DNA of 63,967 bases, filler included, from Octopus bimaculoides (lineage: Eukaryota), in assembly GCF_001194135.2 (NCBI RefSeq). It is 6 parts of 6 records of this genome, joined end to end, with 100 filler letters (N's around TTAATTAATTAA, not from the genome) between each part and the next. Parts side by side here need not be neighbours in the genome. Positions count along the whole stretch, not along the records: positions 1 to 21,151 come from NC_068982.1; positions 21,252 to 34,007 come from NC_069007.1; 4 more parts are not named here. One strand, written 5' to 3'. Made by a program: the position numbers and the translations under genes. Each line of letters starts with the position of its first letter. Position 1 is the first letter of the stretch. Below are positions 12,731 through 24,180 of the stretch, piece by piece. A model generated the notes under the pieces. The model saw nothing but the letters and a program-made list of their open reading frames with translations, made no database searches and was not told the DNA's origin.

Positions 12731-12949
12731 TATATTAAAAATGGGGAAAGTCAGTTTATGGGATTACCTTAGGTTTCCCGTCCATAAAGGGTTTAGCTTT
12801 ATGACGTATCGTCAGATCCCCAAAACACTATTTTGAAGAGTCTTGGGCCAACAGGTTTTGAGATTTGATGATACACCATAAAACTAAACCCTTTATGGAT
12901 GAGAAACCTTAGGTAATCCCATAAACCAGCCTCCCCCATTTTTAATATA
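12731..12949. mobile_element. Foldback MITE with ~88-bp inverted arms and TA ends
   Basis: 12731-12818 is the imperfect reverse complement of 12862-12949. Confidence 0.8.
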
Positions 12950-13374
12950 GACTGATCTACATCTTAGAGTGTGCTTCTTCTTTTGGATTTATATTTTTTA
13001 CAAACGTTATATATATATATATATATAAATGAATAAATAAAACCTCCAACAAAAATCTCCAGTCTTGCTTGATGACCCTGGGCACTTATTAGTGAAACTC
13101 CTGAGTAACAAGAAACAGACTTCACCAAAATAAAAGATATTATTCATCTCTATTATGGTATTGAGTACCCTTTCTTCTAACAGTGAATGCTATATATCTC
13201 ATAGTGGTCTGCCCTTGGGCAGGTCCTATGCATGTGAACCTTCTCCACCACTCTCTATATGACCTGAGAGGGCCCATACTCACCCTTGCCATCGTTAAGT
13301 AGATTACAGGAACTTCAGCTGTTGTGACCAGACTTGGAATGAAGGCTGGAGAGGTTTCCCATTGCCTTCTCCAG

Positions 13375-13455
13375 GCAGGTGGGATTTGAACTCAGAATGT
13401 AGAGAGCTGGAAGATATACCGTAAAGCATTTCTGCTGACGCTTCAACGCTTCTGC
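13375..13455 (-). mobile_element. SINE family B head fragment
   Basis: GGATTTGAACTCAGAATGTA...AAAGCATTTCTG... Confidence 0.6.
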
Positions 13456-13639
13456 TACTATTTCCCTTGTAGAGCAATGGGGGAAAAGATGAAGTGTTTT
13501 GCTCAATAGCGTAACATGCCTCCCCATCTGGGTGAATGCATGTGAATGCCACACACATTCACTATATATATATATATCTCACAGTATCAAGCAGACCATC
13601 AGATACTGTTATACACCACTGATCACAATGCTTTTCTAA

Positions 13640-13830
13640 TTCTGTCTTGATTGCGGCATTCTTATCCATCTTGACCCAAATCACTTAACTAGAACACCTT
13701 GCCAAGTGGCCCTTTTCTGATCCCTTGGATACCACTTGCCACCTGCACGGGTCCACCTGTTGTCTGTCAATGTTGTTTTCAATGTTGTTGTCAATGTTGT
13801 TTTCAATGTGCTCTCATAATGATATTCCTT
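13640..13830 (-). mobile_element. RTE-like LINE C-terminal fragment
   Basis: Translation DNRWTRAGGKWYPRDQKR resembles the DxRWTxxxxxWxPRxxKR motif near RTE ORF ends. Confidence 0.55.
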
Positions 13831-13859
13831 GCATGGCCCTACGTGCACACACACACACA

Positions 13860-14005
13860 CACACACTCAGTAGTCTTCTTTCAGTTTCTTTCTACCAAAT
13901 CCACGAATAAGGCATTGGTTATTCCAGGGTTGTAATAGAAGACTCTTGCCCAATGTGCCACACAATAGTTGCAAAGTAAACTTTTTAACCATACAGCCAT
14001 ACTGT
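13860..14005 (-). mobile_element. SINE family A 5' half
   Basis: CTTTCAGTTTCTTTCTACCAAATCCAC...CTTGCCCAATGTGCCAC...ACCATACAGCCA. Confidence 0.7.
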
Positions 14006-14218
14006 TTACACACACTCTCCCCTCCCCCCCTATTAGTTTCCAATTGGTTTTTTTTATTTACATAAAACTGTTGTTTCACTCAATCAATATTGACCCAGTA
14101 TTTACCAGTGATTATTGATTGATACTGGGGTGAGTTTTTTTTTTTTTTGTCCAATTTTCACAGAACAGCAATAGTGGTTAGCATAATCAGCCACAACTGC
14201 TGCACCACCACTACCACC

Positions 14219-14236
14219 ACTACTATAACTATATAC

Positions 14237-14272
<36 letters not shown>

Positions 14273-14300
14273 CAGCAGCAGCAGCAGCAGCAGCAGCAGT
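14219..14300. repeat. (TAG)n/(CAG)n compound microsatellite
   Basis: Direct observation. Confidence 0.9.
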
Positions 14301-16375
14301 GATTGTGTAGTTTTGAAAATAAAATCTGTTGCGGCTGCTGAAAATCCTATAGAATTGCAGACCATTGTTCCATATTCTTGTAAACAAGAAACAAAGATAA
14401 GAAAAACAAATTAATGAATCCNNNNNNNNNNCCGTTTTTTCTGATAAACAACATACATTAACGACTCTGCAAAGTTTGTTAATGCAATACTGCAACAATG
14501 CAATGCACGTGCATCAAGTTCAATGATGTAATGGCTGGCAGATTGCAGTGTTTCCGCAATCTGTTTTTATCTCAAAGCTGCATCTACAGAAATAACTTCT
14601 GTAGATGCAACTGGGAACTAAGGGACACACAGACAGACAGACATGGTTATAGAATGGTTGCTAATACTGCCGTTTCTCTTGAGTGTCAATCTAAAACAGT
14701 TTTGTTTGTTGTTCTTTCTCCTTGTCTTTGAGTTTTCATGATTTTCGGATAACGCTGATTACATGTTTAGAATTGGTCCACCCCGGTTCGGTTGCTAATC
14801 GCAATATTACAACATTGTCTTAGAATTGGTCTACTTACTAATTATAATATTGTCTTAGAATTGATACATACCTGTCTGGTTACTAAGTTTCCTGTCAGGT
14901 GTTGTTGGGATTGTTTCTCCTCAAACCTCCCCTGAAGCTATCACTGGACAGACTTATGATGCTAGGCATATCAGGTGTGTGTGATGATGATGATGATGAT
15001 GATACATACGCAGTCAATTGTTGGAAGACAGATTAGCTATGTATTGTTCCCTGCAACCATATCATCACAGTTACATTGAAAAACACACACACACACACAC
15101 ACACTTCAAACTGCCAGGAAAATCTTTCTTCTTTTAGAGAAGAATATGAAGATTATTAAAATAGTTTTGTGCATTTTGGATTTGTCAGAAGAATAAAGGA
15201 TGGGGGGTTATGACTCAGATTTTCATCTGGGAAGGTAATGGATGTGTCTCCAACGGTCTGCATTTTAACTGGTGCCATTCATAAATATTGGTTAATCCTA
15301 GGTAAAAGCACTCTACCAAGAGATTGAACACAGAACCCTGTGGTTAGGAATTGAACTTCTTAACTCCATACCCATAGCTGCTAGTTCTGTCATATTGAAG
15401 TTCTTTCGCTGTCATTTGCCAAATTTACTCTGCGACTTAATTTCTGGTTTGATTTAAATCTTTGAGATTATTGCCCAGTGAATTCAGCTACCAATCTATG
15501 ATGATGGTGGTGGTGGTGGTGGTGGTGGTGGTGGTTGCAGTGATATTTGATCTCAGAGGGATCTCAACTTACTATCAGTAAAAGTCATAAAAAATCCCAC
15601 AAAATCNNNNNNNNNNNNNNNNNNNNNNNNNNNNNNNNNNNNNNNNNNNNNNNNNNNNNNNNNNNNNNNNNNNNNNNNNNNNNNNNNNNNNNNNNNNNNN
15701 NNNNNNNNNNNNNNNNNNNNNNNNNNNNNNNNNNNNNNNNNNNNNNNNNNNNNNNNNNNNNNNNNNNNNNNNNNNNNNNNNNNNNNNNNNNNNNNNNNNN
15801 NNNNNNNNNNNNNNNNNNNNNNNNNNNNNNNNNNNNNNNNNNNNNNNNNNNNNNNNNNNNNNNNNNNNNNNNNNNNNNNNNNNNNNNNNNNNNNNNNNNN
15901 NNNNNNNNNNNNNNNNNNNNNNNNNNNNNNNNNNNNNNNNNNNNNNNNNNNNNNNNNNNNNNNNNNNNNNNNNNNNNNNNNNNNNNNNNNNNNNNNNNNN
16001 NNNNNNNNNNNNNNNNNNNNNNNNNNNNNNNNNNNNNNNNNNNNNNNNNNNNNNNNNNNNNNNNNNNNNNNNNNNNNNNNNNNNNNNNNNNNNNNNNNNN
16101 NNNNNNNNNNNNNNNNNNNNNNNNNNNNNNNNNNNNNNNNNNNNNNNNNNNNNNNNNNNNNNNNNNNNNNNNNNNNNNNNNNNNNNNNNNNNNNNNNNNN
16201 NNNNNNNNNNNNNNNNNNNNNNNNNNNNNNNNNNNNNNNNNNNNNNNNNNNNNNNNNNNNNNNNNNNNNNNNNNNNNNNNNNNNNNNNNNNNNNNNNNNG
16301 AGGGTATATCAGCCGAAATGTTGTGTTAACAACAAACAAGATGAGGACAAATATTCGTCAAATGTAAATGATGTA

Positions 16376-16417
<42 letters not shown>

Positions 16418-16433
16418 TATTATTATTATTATT

Positions 16434-16640
16434 ATCACCTCCAGCTTAGTGAAGGTGGAGGTATTGTTTTCAGTTGTGTTTGTTTGTTTGTCCATGGACA
16501 AGATATCTCAAGAACCACTGGATGAATTCGGATGAAACTTTCAGGGATGTTTGGCCTTGGGACTGGCACAAACTGATTAGATTTTCGGATCGATCCAGTA
16601 CCAGACGAAGATTCTGGATTATTTTTCTTGTTTTTTTACT
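16434..16640 (+). mobile_element. Helentron-associated non-autonomous (HINE/DINE-1-like) fragment
   Basis: ATCACCTCC..AAGGTGGAGGTATTGTTTTC..GTTTGTTTGTTTGTC..AAGATATCTCAAGAACC..GGATGAAACTTTCAGGG resembles the 5' architecture of Helentron-derived elements; recognised from memory of the family only. Confidence 0.55.
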
Positions 16641-16704
16641 TCATTTTTGAGAGCAGTTGGACCCCTCCCACAAAATTTCAGGCCTTGTGCCTATAATAGA
16701 AAGG

Positions 16705-16760
<56 letters not shown>

Positions 16761-17584
16761 CATTATCATCATTATTATTCATATTAAAGTTTTTTGTTAC
16801 TGTTGTTTTCATTTTCATTACTAATTTTGTTATCGTCATTACCATACTATCATCATCATTACCATATTATTATTATTATCATTACCATATTATTATTATT
16901 ATCATTACCATATTATTATTATTATTATTATTGTTAGTATTATCCCCATGCCATATCCTATTTTGTTGCAAGATACTTTCCATGCAAAATTTATTTTTAT
17001 TTTTCTTAATTAAAACCTGTTTCAGCTCCATTTTGTCACACTTCTGTAATTGTTCCTCAGGTTCTAATTAGAAAGAAAGAGAAATAACCATTGCTGAGAT
17101 GCAAATAGATCAGCTTCATTTGGAATTCAAGTAAAAGTTAATTACCACACAAATTGATATTGTAAATGTAATTTCAGTGTTGATGGAAAAATGGAGTTTG
17201 AGGGAAACGGTTTTAAATGAAATCATTTTCATCATTGTCGTTCGTCATCACCATCACCATCATCATCACCAGCATCATCATCACTACCATCACATTGTTG
17301 TCATCATCATCATCATCATTATTAATATCGTTATCACCACCACTGCAACATCCTCATCATCTCAGTTTTCCCCCCTCCCATCTCCCCTCACCTAACAAAC
17401 AGTATTGTTATATCGTTTAAGGACCACTAAAGTTCAGTGTAGGGACTCAACACAAAAAATATCTGACAACTCAGTCTTGGTCACTCATAATTCATTTCCA
17501 TTTGTCTTGTCTGCCTGTCATCTCACATTTTAAGTCACAATAATATTACATTCAACTCGACTTTACCATTTGGATACAAGAAGT

Positions 17585-17628
<44 letters not shown>

Positions 17629-18227
17629 CCTCTCTCTAACACAGATAAGCACACACACTTTACTGTCATCACAAACACAGTTTTATATTTGGTTGTATTT
17701 ATGCTACAAAACCCTAAACAAAACACAAACCCCTGCTTACGTTTCCCTTCACATCATTCGGACTTTAAAGTTTCCTGGGATATTTTGGCATCAGGCCTTC
17801 AAGAGAAACCACAAGTTGCATAAGATGGCAATCAGGAAAGACAGAATCTTGGAACTGCTTTCAAGAATATTCCTCAAAGATGAAGGAAATTATAAGGGAA
17901 ACCAAAGTTGGAAAGAAAAATAGAATTGAAATTTGGAAAGAATAAGTTTGGGGTGAAAATTCAAATTTAGAGAAAACCAGAGGGTTAGGGAGCTGTGTTT
18001 GGTTTGGGATTAGTTTGGGTTAATTTGGGCTGACTGCAGTTGACTGGATTTAGGTGAGATTAGCTGGAGTTATCTTGGATTAGTTGGGATTAGTTTAAGG
18101 TTAACAAGGGTTAATTGTTCACCCAGCTGTAGTAGGAATTGGCTGTACGTCCTCTACGACTGTTTCTTTGATATAACTGGTATCTCTTCCTTCCATTTAT
18201 AGTCTATTGTCATCTCACTGATGTTCA

Positions 18228-18487
18228 ATTCCTTGTTGTGCAGTGTGTCCTTGAGCAAGACACTTTATTTCACGTTGCTCCAGTCCACTCAGCCGGCAAA
18301 AATGAATTGTACCTGTAATTCAATGGGGTCAGCCTTGTCACACTCTGTATCACGCTGAAGCTCCCTGTAAACTACATTAAAGGTTTGCGTGTCTGTGGAG
18401 CGCTCAGCCACTTTCACATTAATTTCACGAGCAGGCTGTTCCATTGATCGGATCAACTGGAACGCTTGTCGTAACCGGCAGTGTAAC
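18228..18487 (+). mobile_element. SINE family C, 3' part
   Basis: GTGTCCTTGAGCAAGACACTTTATTTCACGTTGCTCCAGTCCACTCAG...GTCGTAACCGGCAGTG; matches 39092-39402. Confidence 0.8.
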
Positions 18488-18691
18488 ACTTTTTTACTCC
18501 TGCATTCCAGATTCCATTGTGGTCAGCAGAGTTTGTGACTCTTGGGGGGGCATTGAGACCTTTAGGGGACATAAAATATCTAAGCCTCCTTAGGGGCTGG
18601 GAAGACACTGTTGTGGGACATAACAACAGTTATATGATGCTTGAATCATCTTTTTATTTCACTTGAGTGCATGTGTGTATACATGTTGAAA

Positions 18692-18732
<41 letters not shown>

Positions 18733-19393
18733 ACACTCAAACCCAGGAACCTGTACCTGTGTGTATTGACATATATATATAGAATGAAAGATAGAGAGTC
18801 TGAGAGAGAGAAACATTTTGTATTCGAAGGAAAGTGAGGAAGACAGAGTGGTGTGTGTTTGTGTTTTGCTTGCCTATATTTTACCCCCAGGTTGCAGTGA
18901 AAAGTGGGGGAAGGTGTAGCTACCAAAAGTACTTGCTACTTTACCAAGAAAAGATATTGTTTCAGAAGGACTATATCCCATCAATTCACTGATTCCAACC
19001 CTTCCTACTTTCCTACAGTTTTACTGTCTCACTTGTCTAACACTTTTAAAGGATGTGATGGCTGATTTTTCTTGAATATTTTCGCTGGGGATAATGGATT
19101 CAAGGAGATTACATCTGAGAGAAATTAATTTTAACATGAAGTCTTCTGTAAGAGAGAGGTCACAACTGTTTACCTGCCTCTCTCTGTGTGTGTGTGTGTG
19201 TGTGTGCGTGTGTGAGTGTGTGAGTGTGTGTGTGTGTTGAACATTAGTAGAAGTCGATATGTTTAGCAGATGTCCTCCATCTGCAACATCCTGGTGACAT
19301 TTAAATCATAGATCAAAAGAAATTATGATTGGTTAATGATCAGTCTTCATCTGTGCTAACGATGCAAAGAAATATTCTTAATACTCAGGCAGC

Positions 19394-19603
19394 AAGCTGA
19401 CAGAATTGTTAGAAAGCGAGACAAAATGCCTTGTGGCATTTCATTCATCTTTACGTTCTACGTTCAAATTCCATCGAGGTTGACTTTACCTTCATCTTCT
19501 TGGAGTCGATAAAATATGTACCAGTTGTACACTGGGGTCAATATAATCAACTTATTCCCTCCCCTGAAATTGCTGGCCTTGTGCCAAAATTTGAAACCAA
19601 TAT
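19394..19603 (+). mobile_element. SINE family B
   Basis: AGCTGACAGAATTGTTAG...GTTCAAATTCCATCGAGGTTGACTTTACC...GGCCTTGTGCCAAAATTTG. Confidence 0.75.
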
Positions 19604-19762
19604 TAAGTAACATTAAATGTTTCAACAGAAAAACAAAATGTTTGCAATCAACCTTTCTGGTTGCCATGCTTTAGAGAGTTTGGTTGGTTTGTCTTGTATT
19701 CATGGTTTGTCTTGTATTCATCAGCCTCACTCTACAACTTTGTGTGAGTTTGGTGCACATTC

Positions 19763-20530
19763 GGTGCATTCCAGAAGTTTTCAGACATTTATGAAATTCA
19801 AAAAAAAAAAAAGTACTAACCCCTCGTCCTCCTTCAAAGTAGAATCTTCTGACTCCAATGCATTTGTTGTGGCCCTGCAGCCACTTTGTGAGGACCTCAT
19901 GGAAATCCTCCAAAGTGAAAAGTGTCCAGGACCCTTGTCACAGCCTCCCTCATCTTCAAAATAACTGTATTTAAGGTCCTCCTTCATCATGGGGGAACAA
20001 CCAAAAGGCACAGAGAGAAAGAGCAAGGTCTGTACCGTGAGGGGGGTGACGGACAATTTTGATGGCCATCTCTGCCAAGTTGTTGGTTACCAGGCTGCTT
20101 GTCACTGAGCATCCTGGAAACAGTCTTTCTGCATATTTTACGCTTATTCAAATCTTCAGGAATAATTCTGTGAACATTATTTGCCTTACCAATTCCAAAC
20201 TGTTTGTCTATAGAAGCACAATGGTTTTCCTCAAGAACACTGATGTTCTCATCTCCCTCTCTCCCACCCCTCTCAATATGTCTCATCTCCCTGTCTCCCA
20301 CCCCTCTCAATATGTCTCATCTCCCTCTCTCCCACACCTCTCAAACCTCTTTTATCAGAAAAAAAGTTAATCCATGACCAGTCTGGAGCATTTCATAAGT
20401 TTCTGCAGTATTTTTCCCCCAGTTTAGTGCAAAACTTTATTGCACAATGATGATCCCAATTGTCCTCATCTTCTGACTGCATTCTGCAAAACTAATCAGC
20501 CATGACAAGTAATGTTTAGAAGGGTTTGTT
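19763..20530 (-). mobile_element. Mariner-type transposon relic, internally deleted
   Basis: Fragments HCAIKFCTKLGGKNTAETYEMLQT (N-terminus), IDKQFGIGKANNVHRIIPEDLNKRKICRKTVSRML (HTH/WVPHEL region) and EDFHEVLTKWLQGHNKCIGVRRFYFEG (C-terminus); TIR-like GGTGCATTCCAGAAGTTTTCAGAC at the left end. Confidence 0.8.
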
Positions 20531-21251
20531 CAAAGGGCTGTTACATCTGTTTCCTTCAATCTGGAATCACAAAAGTTGGTGGCAGGTCAGCTTATTAGAT
20601 GTACAGAAATGATAGACTAAAATTACAATAAGCTAGGACGGGTGTAAGTACCAATCAAACTTAACAAATTTTCAATCTTTCTTAAACAATAATTTGAGTG
20701 TTACCTGTTGTATGACAACAGGTAACTTTAAAAGCTTATTTTTGCCACCCTGGGGTAATATCTGGAAATATGGCACCTATACAAAAATTATAATTTCACT
20801 TTTATTAAATTTCTTGGTGCTTATATACAAAGTGATGGAATGAATACTAATTTTCTAAACAGAAACATATTTACTTTAAAATGAAATTAAAGAAAACGTT
20901 CTTCAAAAAGCAGAGAGAAAAATTGCAAAGCAGAATTACTCCATGTTGATTTTTTATATCATGGAAGTTCACATGCATACACCCACCCCTTCTCTCTCTC
21001 TCTCTCCATCTGTGTGTAAATATATACTCCCCTCTCATCCTCTTTTTCTATGATTCTTTCTCTCTTACTACAATGTATGTGTTTTAGCATTCATTTACTC
21101 ATTGCCTGACACCAAGCCTAATATGTGCACTTGTCCTGCACTCATCCTTTCNNNNNNNNNNNNNNNNNNNNNNNNNNNNNNNNNNNNNNNNNNNNTTAAT
21201 TAATTAANNNNNNNNNNNNNNNNNNNNNNNNNNNNNNNNNNNNNNNNNNNN

Positions 21252-21304
<53 letters not shown>

Positions 21305-21328
21305 TATACATGTATATATAAAATTATA

Positions 21329-21385
21329 AGGTCTCACCGAGACTTGAACTCGGATCGCTGGATTCAAAGTCCAGAGTGCTAACCA
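21329..21385 (-). pseudogene. tRNA-Gln(TTG), 5'-truncated
   Basis: Minus strand TGGTTAGCACTCTGGACTTTGAATCCAGCGATCCGAGTTCAAGTCTCGGTGAGACCT; 5' acceptor strand and first half of D arm missing. Confidence 0.88.
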
Positions 21386-21406
21386 ATACTATCAATATAT
21401 ATATAT

Positions 21407-21725
21407 TCATATTCAGTCATTTGACTTTGACCACGCTGGAGCACCGCCTTCAAGCGAACAAATCGACCCCAGGACTTATTCTTTGTAAGCCCTAAGTTAC
21501 GGGGACATAAACACGCCAACATCGGTTGTCAAGCGATGGTGGGGCAACAGACACACACACACACATATATATATGTGTGTGTGTGTGCGACGGGCATCTT
21601 TCAGTTCCCAATCCACTCATAAAGCTTTGGAGAAGACATTTGCCCAAGGTGCTACGCAGTGGGACTGAACCCGGAACCATGTGGTTGGTAAGCAAGCTAC
21701 TTACCACACAGCCATTCCTGCGCCT
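21407..21725 (-). mobile_element. SINE family A, near full length
   Basis: Head, CORE-like box and tail all present. Confidence 0.88.
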
Positions 21726-21737
21726 ATATACATACAT

Positions 21738-21790
<53 letters not shown>

Positions 21791-21794
<4 letters not shown>

Positions 21795-21872
21795 CAAGGT
21801 GCCATGCAGTGGGACTGAACACGGAACCATGTGGTTTTGAAACAAGCTCCTTACCACACAGCCAAGCCTGCG
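21791..21872 (-). mobile_element. SINE family A head (second copy)
   Basis: GCCCAAGGTGCCATGCAGTGGGACTGAACACGGAACCATGTGG...CACAGCCAAGCCTGC. Confidence 0.8.
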
Positions 21873-22247
21873 GAAATAGAGAAATATATATATATATATA
21901 TATATATACACATTTGCATACATGTATAAATATATATATATATACACATTTGCATACATGTATAAATATATATATATTATGTCTTAACAACTATACATAC
22001 GTTTGCAAACACACTCACACACACATACAGATACACACAGACACACACACACAAGTACATGCGCGTGCACGTGTGGTTTCGTAAGAGAGCATGTGAACGT
22101 AAAACAAAAATGTTGCCATATGTGCATGAGATCAAATCTTATATACATTCGTTCCATATATAAGTGGTATTTCAACGTATATCCTATCTCGGTGCATGCA
22201 ATATATATATATATATATAGGTATTGTATATATATACATACATACGT

Positions 22248-22308
<61 letters not shown>

Positions 22309-23007
22309 NNNNNNNNNNNNNNNNNNNNNNNNNNNNNNNNNNNNNNNNNNNNNNNNNNNNNNNNNNNNNNNNNNNNNNNNNNNNNNNNNNNNNNNNNNNN
22401 NNNNNNNNNNNNNNNNNNNNNNNNNNNNNNNNNNNNNNNNNNNNNNNNNNNNNNNNNNNNNNNNNNNNNNNNNNNNNNNNNNNNNNNNNNNNNNNNNNNN
22501 NNNNNNNNNNNNNNNNNNNNNNNNNNNNNNNNNNNNNNNNNNNNNNNNNNNNNNNNNNNNNNNNNNNNNNNNNNNNNNNNNNNNNNNNNNNNNNNNNNNN
22601 NNNNNNNNNNNNNNNNNNNNNNNNNNNNNNNNNNNNNNNNNNNNNNNNNNNNNNNNNNNNNNNNNNNNNNNNNNNNNNNNNNNNNNNNNNNNNNNNNNNN
22701 NNNNNNNNNNNNNNNNNNNNNNNNNNNNNNNNNNNNNNNNNNNNNNNNNNNNNNNNNNNNNNNNNNNNNNNNNNNNNNNNNNNNNNNNNNNNNNNNNNNN
22801 NNNNNNNNNNNNNNNNNNNNNNNNNNNNNNCTTTCGACTCCTAGACCCGGCTATGCGTTATTTTTCTTGAGTAGAACACTTCTTTTCACGTTACCCCACT
22901 CCACTCAGCTGCTGATGGGTCACACTACAACGGAATAGCTTTCCAGTTAGCGGATATGTTGACATGCTCGCTTAGCTATTGGGGTGGCATATCCATCCAT
23001 CCATCTC

Positions 23008-23060
<53 letters not shown>

Positions 23061-23065
23061 ACGTA

Positions 23066-23099
<34 letters not shown>

Positions 23100-23107
<8 letters not shown>

Positions 23108-23260
23108 AAGCGGTTCGGCAAAAGATATCGATAGAATAATTACCAGGCCTACAAAGCATATCTATAAAAAAAATGTCCTGGGGTCGAGTCATTCGACTAA
23201 AATTCTTCAGGGCGATGTCCCAGCATGGCCGTAGTCTGATAACAGAAAGAGTTAAAGAAT
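23100..23260 (+). mobile_element. SINE family A 3' half
   Basis: AGCGGTTCGGCAAAAG...GGGGTCGAGTCATTCGACTAAAA...CCAGCATGGCCG. Confidence 0.75.
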
Positions 23261-23428
23261 ACACATACACACATACATACATACACACACACAGAAACAC
23301 ACACACACGCATACACTAACACACGTGAATATTCTCGGATAATTAAACGTAGTCTTGGATAGGTATTGCCTTCGTAACTCATTCCGCAACTGCTGCTGCT
23401 GCTACTACTGCCACTACTACTACTACTG

Positions 23429-23474
<46 letters not shown>

Positions 23475-23836
23475 CGCCATCCCCACTGCTTCTACTTGTG
23501 TTTCATTCGTGTTGAGTTCAATTGTCTGCAGAGAGATGTAAATTCTATCGGATGTTAAATGGGCGTCGCCACTTCAGTGTTTCACGCACTTACACTCGCA
23601 CTCATTACACACATACACACACATTCGCACTCACAGACACATGCACTTTACTGTTCATGCGTGTTATGCATAGAATTACGCATACTTATACATCCATCTG
23701 TCTTCTGGTCTATCCATCTATCTATCTATCTATCNNNNNNNNNNNNNNNNNNNNNNNNNNNNNNNNNNNNNNNNNNNNNNNNNNNNNNNNNNNNNNNNNN
23801 NNNNNNNNNNNNNNNNNNNNNNNNNNNNNNNNNNTA

Positions 23837-23879
<43 letters not shown>

Positions 23880-24055
23880 GTGTCCTGCTATGCTATATGG
23901 AGAAGTGATGATTGATAAAGAATTAATGGAGTAAGAGCGGTAGGGTAAGCTTTTGCAGGTTTCGAGTTTGTCATGTAGGAGACCACGCACGTATCATATA
24001 GATCGATAGACCATCTATTGATTGATAGATAGTTAGGAAGGTAGGTCGACTGACT

Positions 24056-24068
24056 TAGATAGACAGGG

Positions 24069-24143
<75 letters not shown>

Positions 24144-24180
24144 CAGAAAGAGCGACAGATAGATGGATGGATGGATGAGT
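24056..24180. repeat. (GATA)n microsatellite
   Basis: Direct observation. Confidence 0.9.

Noticed and set aside
21196-21207. TTAATTAATTAA islands centred in N-runs (also 34052, 46308, 54016, 59486)
   Set aside because: Identical 12-mer with stops in all six frames, flanked by 44 Ns each side (100 bp total): an assembly linker, not biology.
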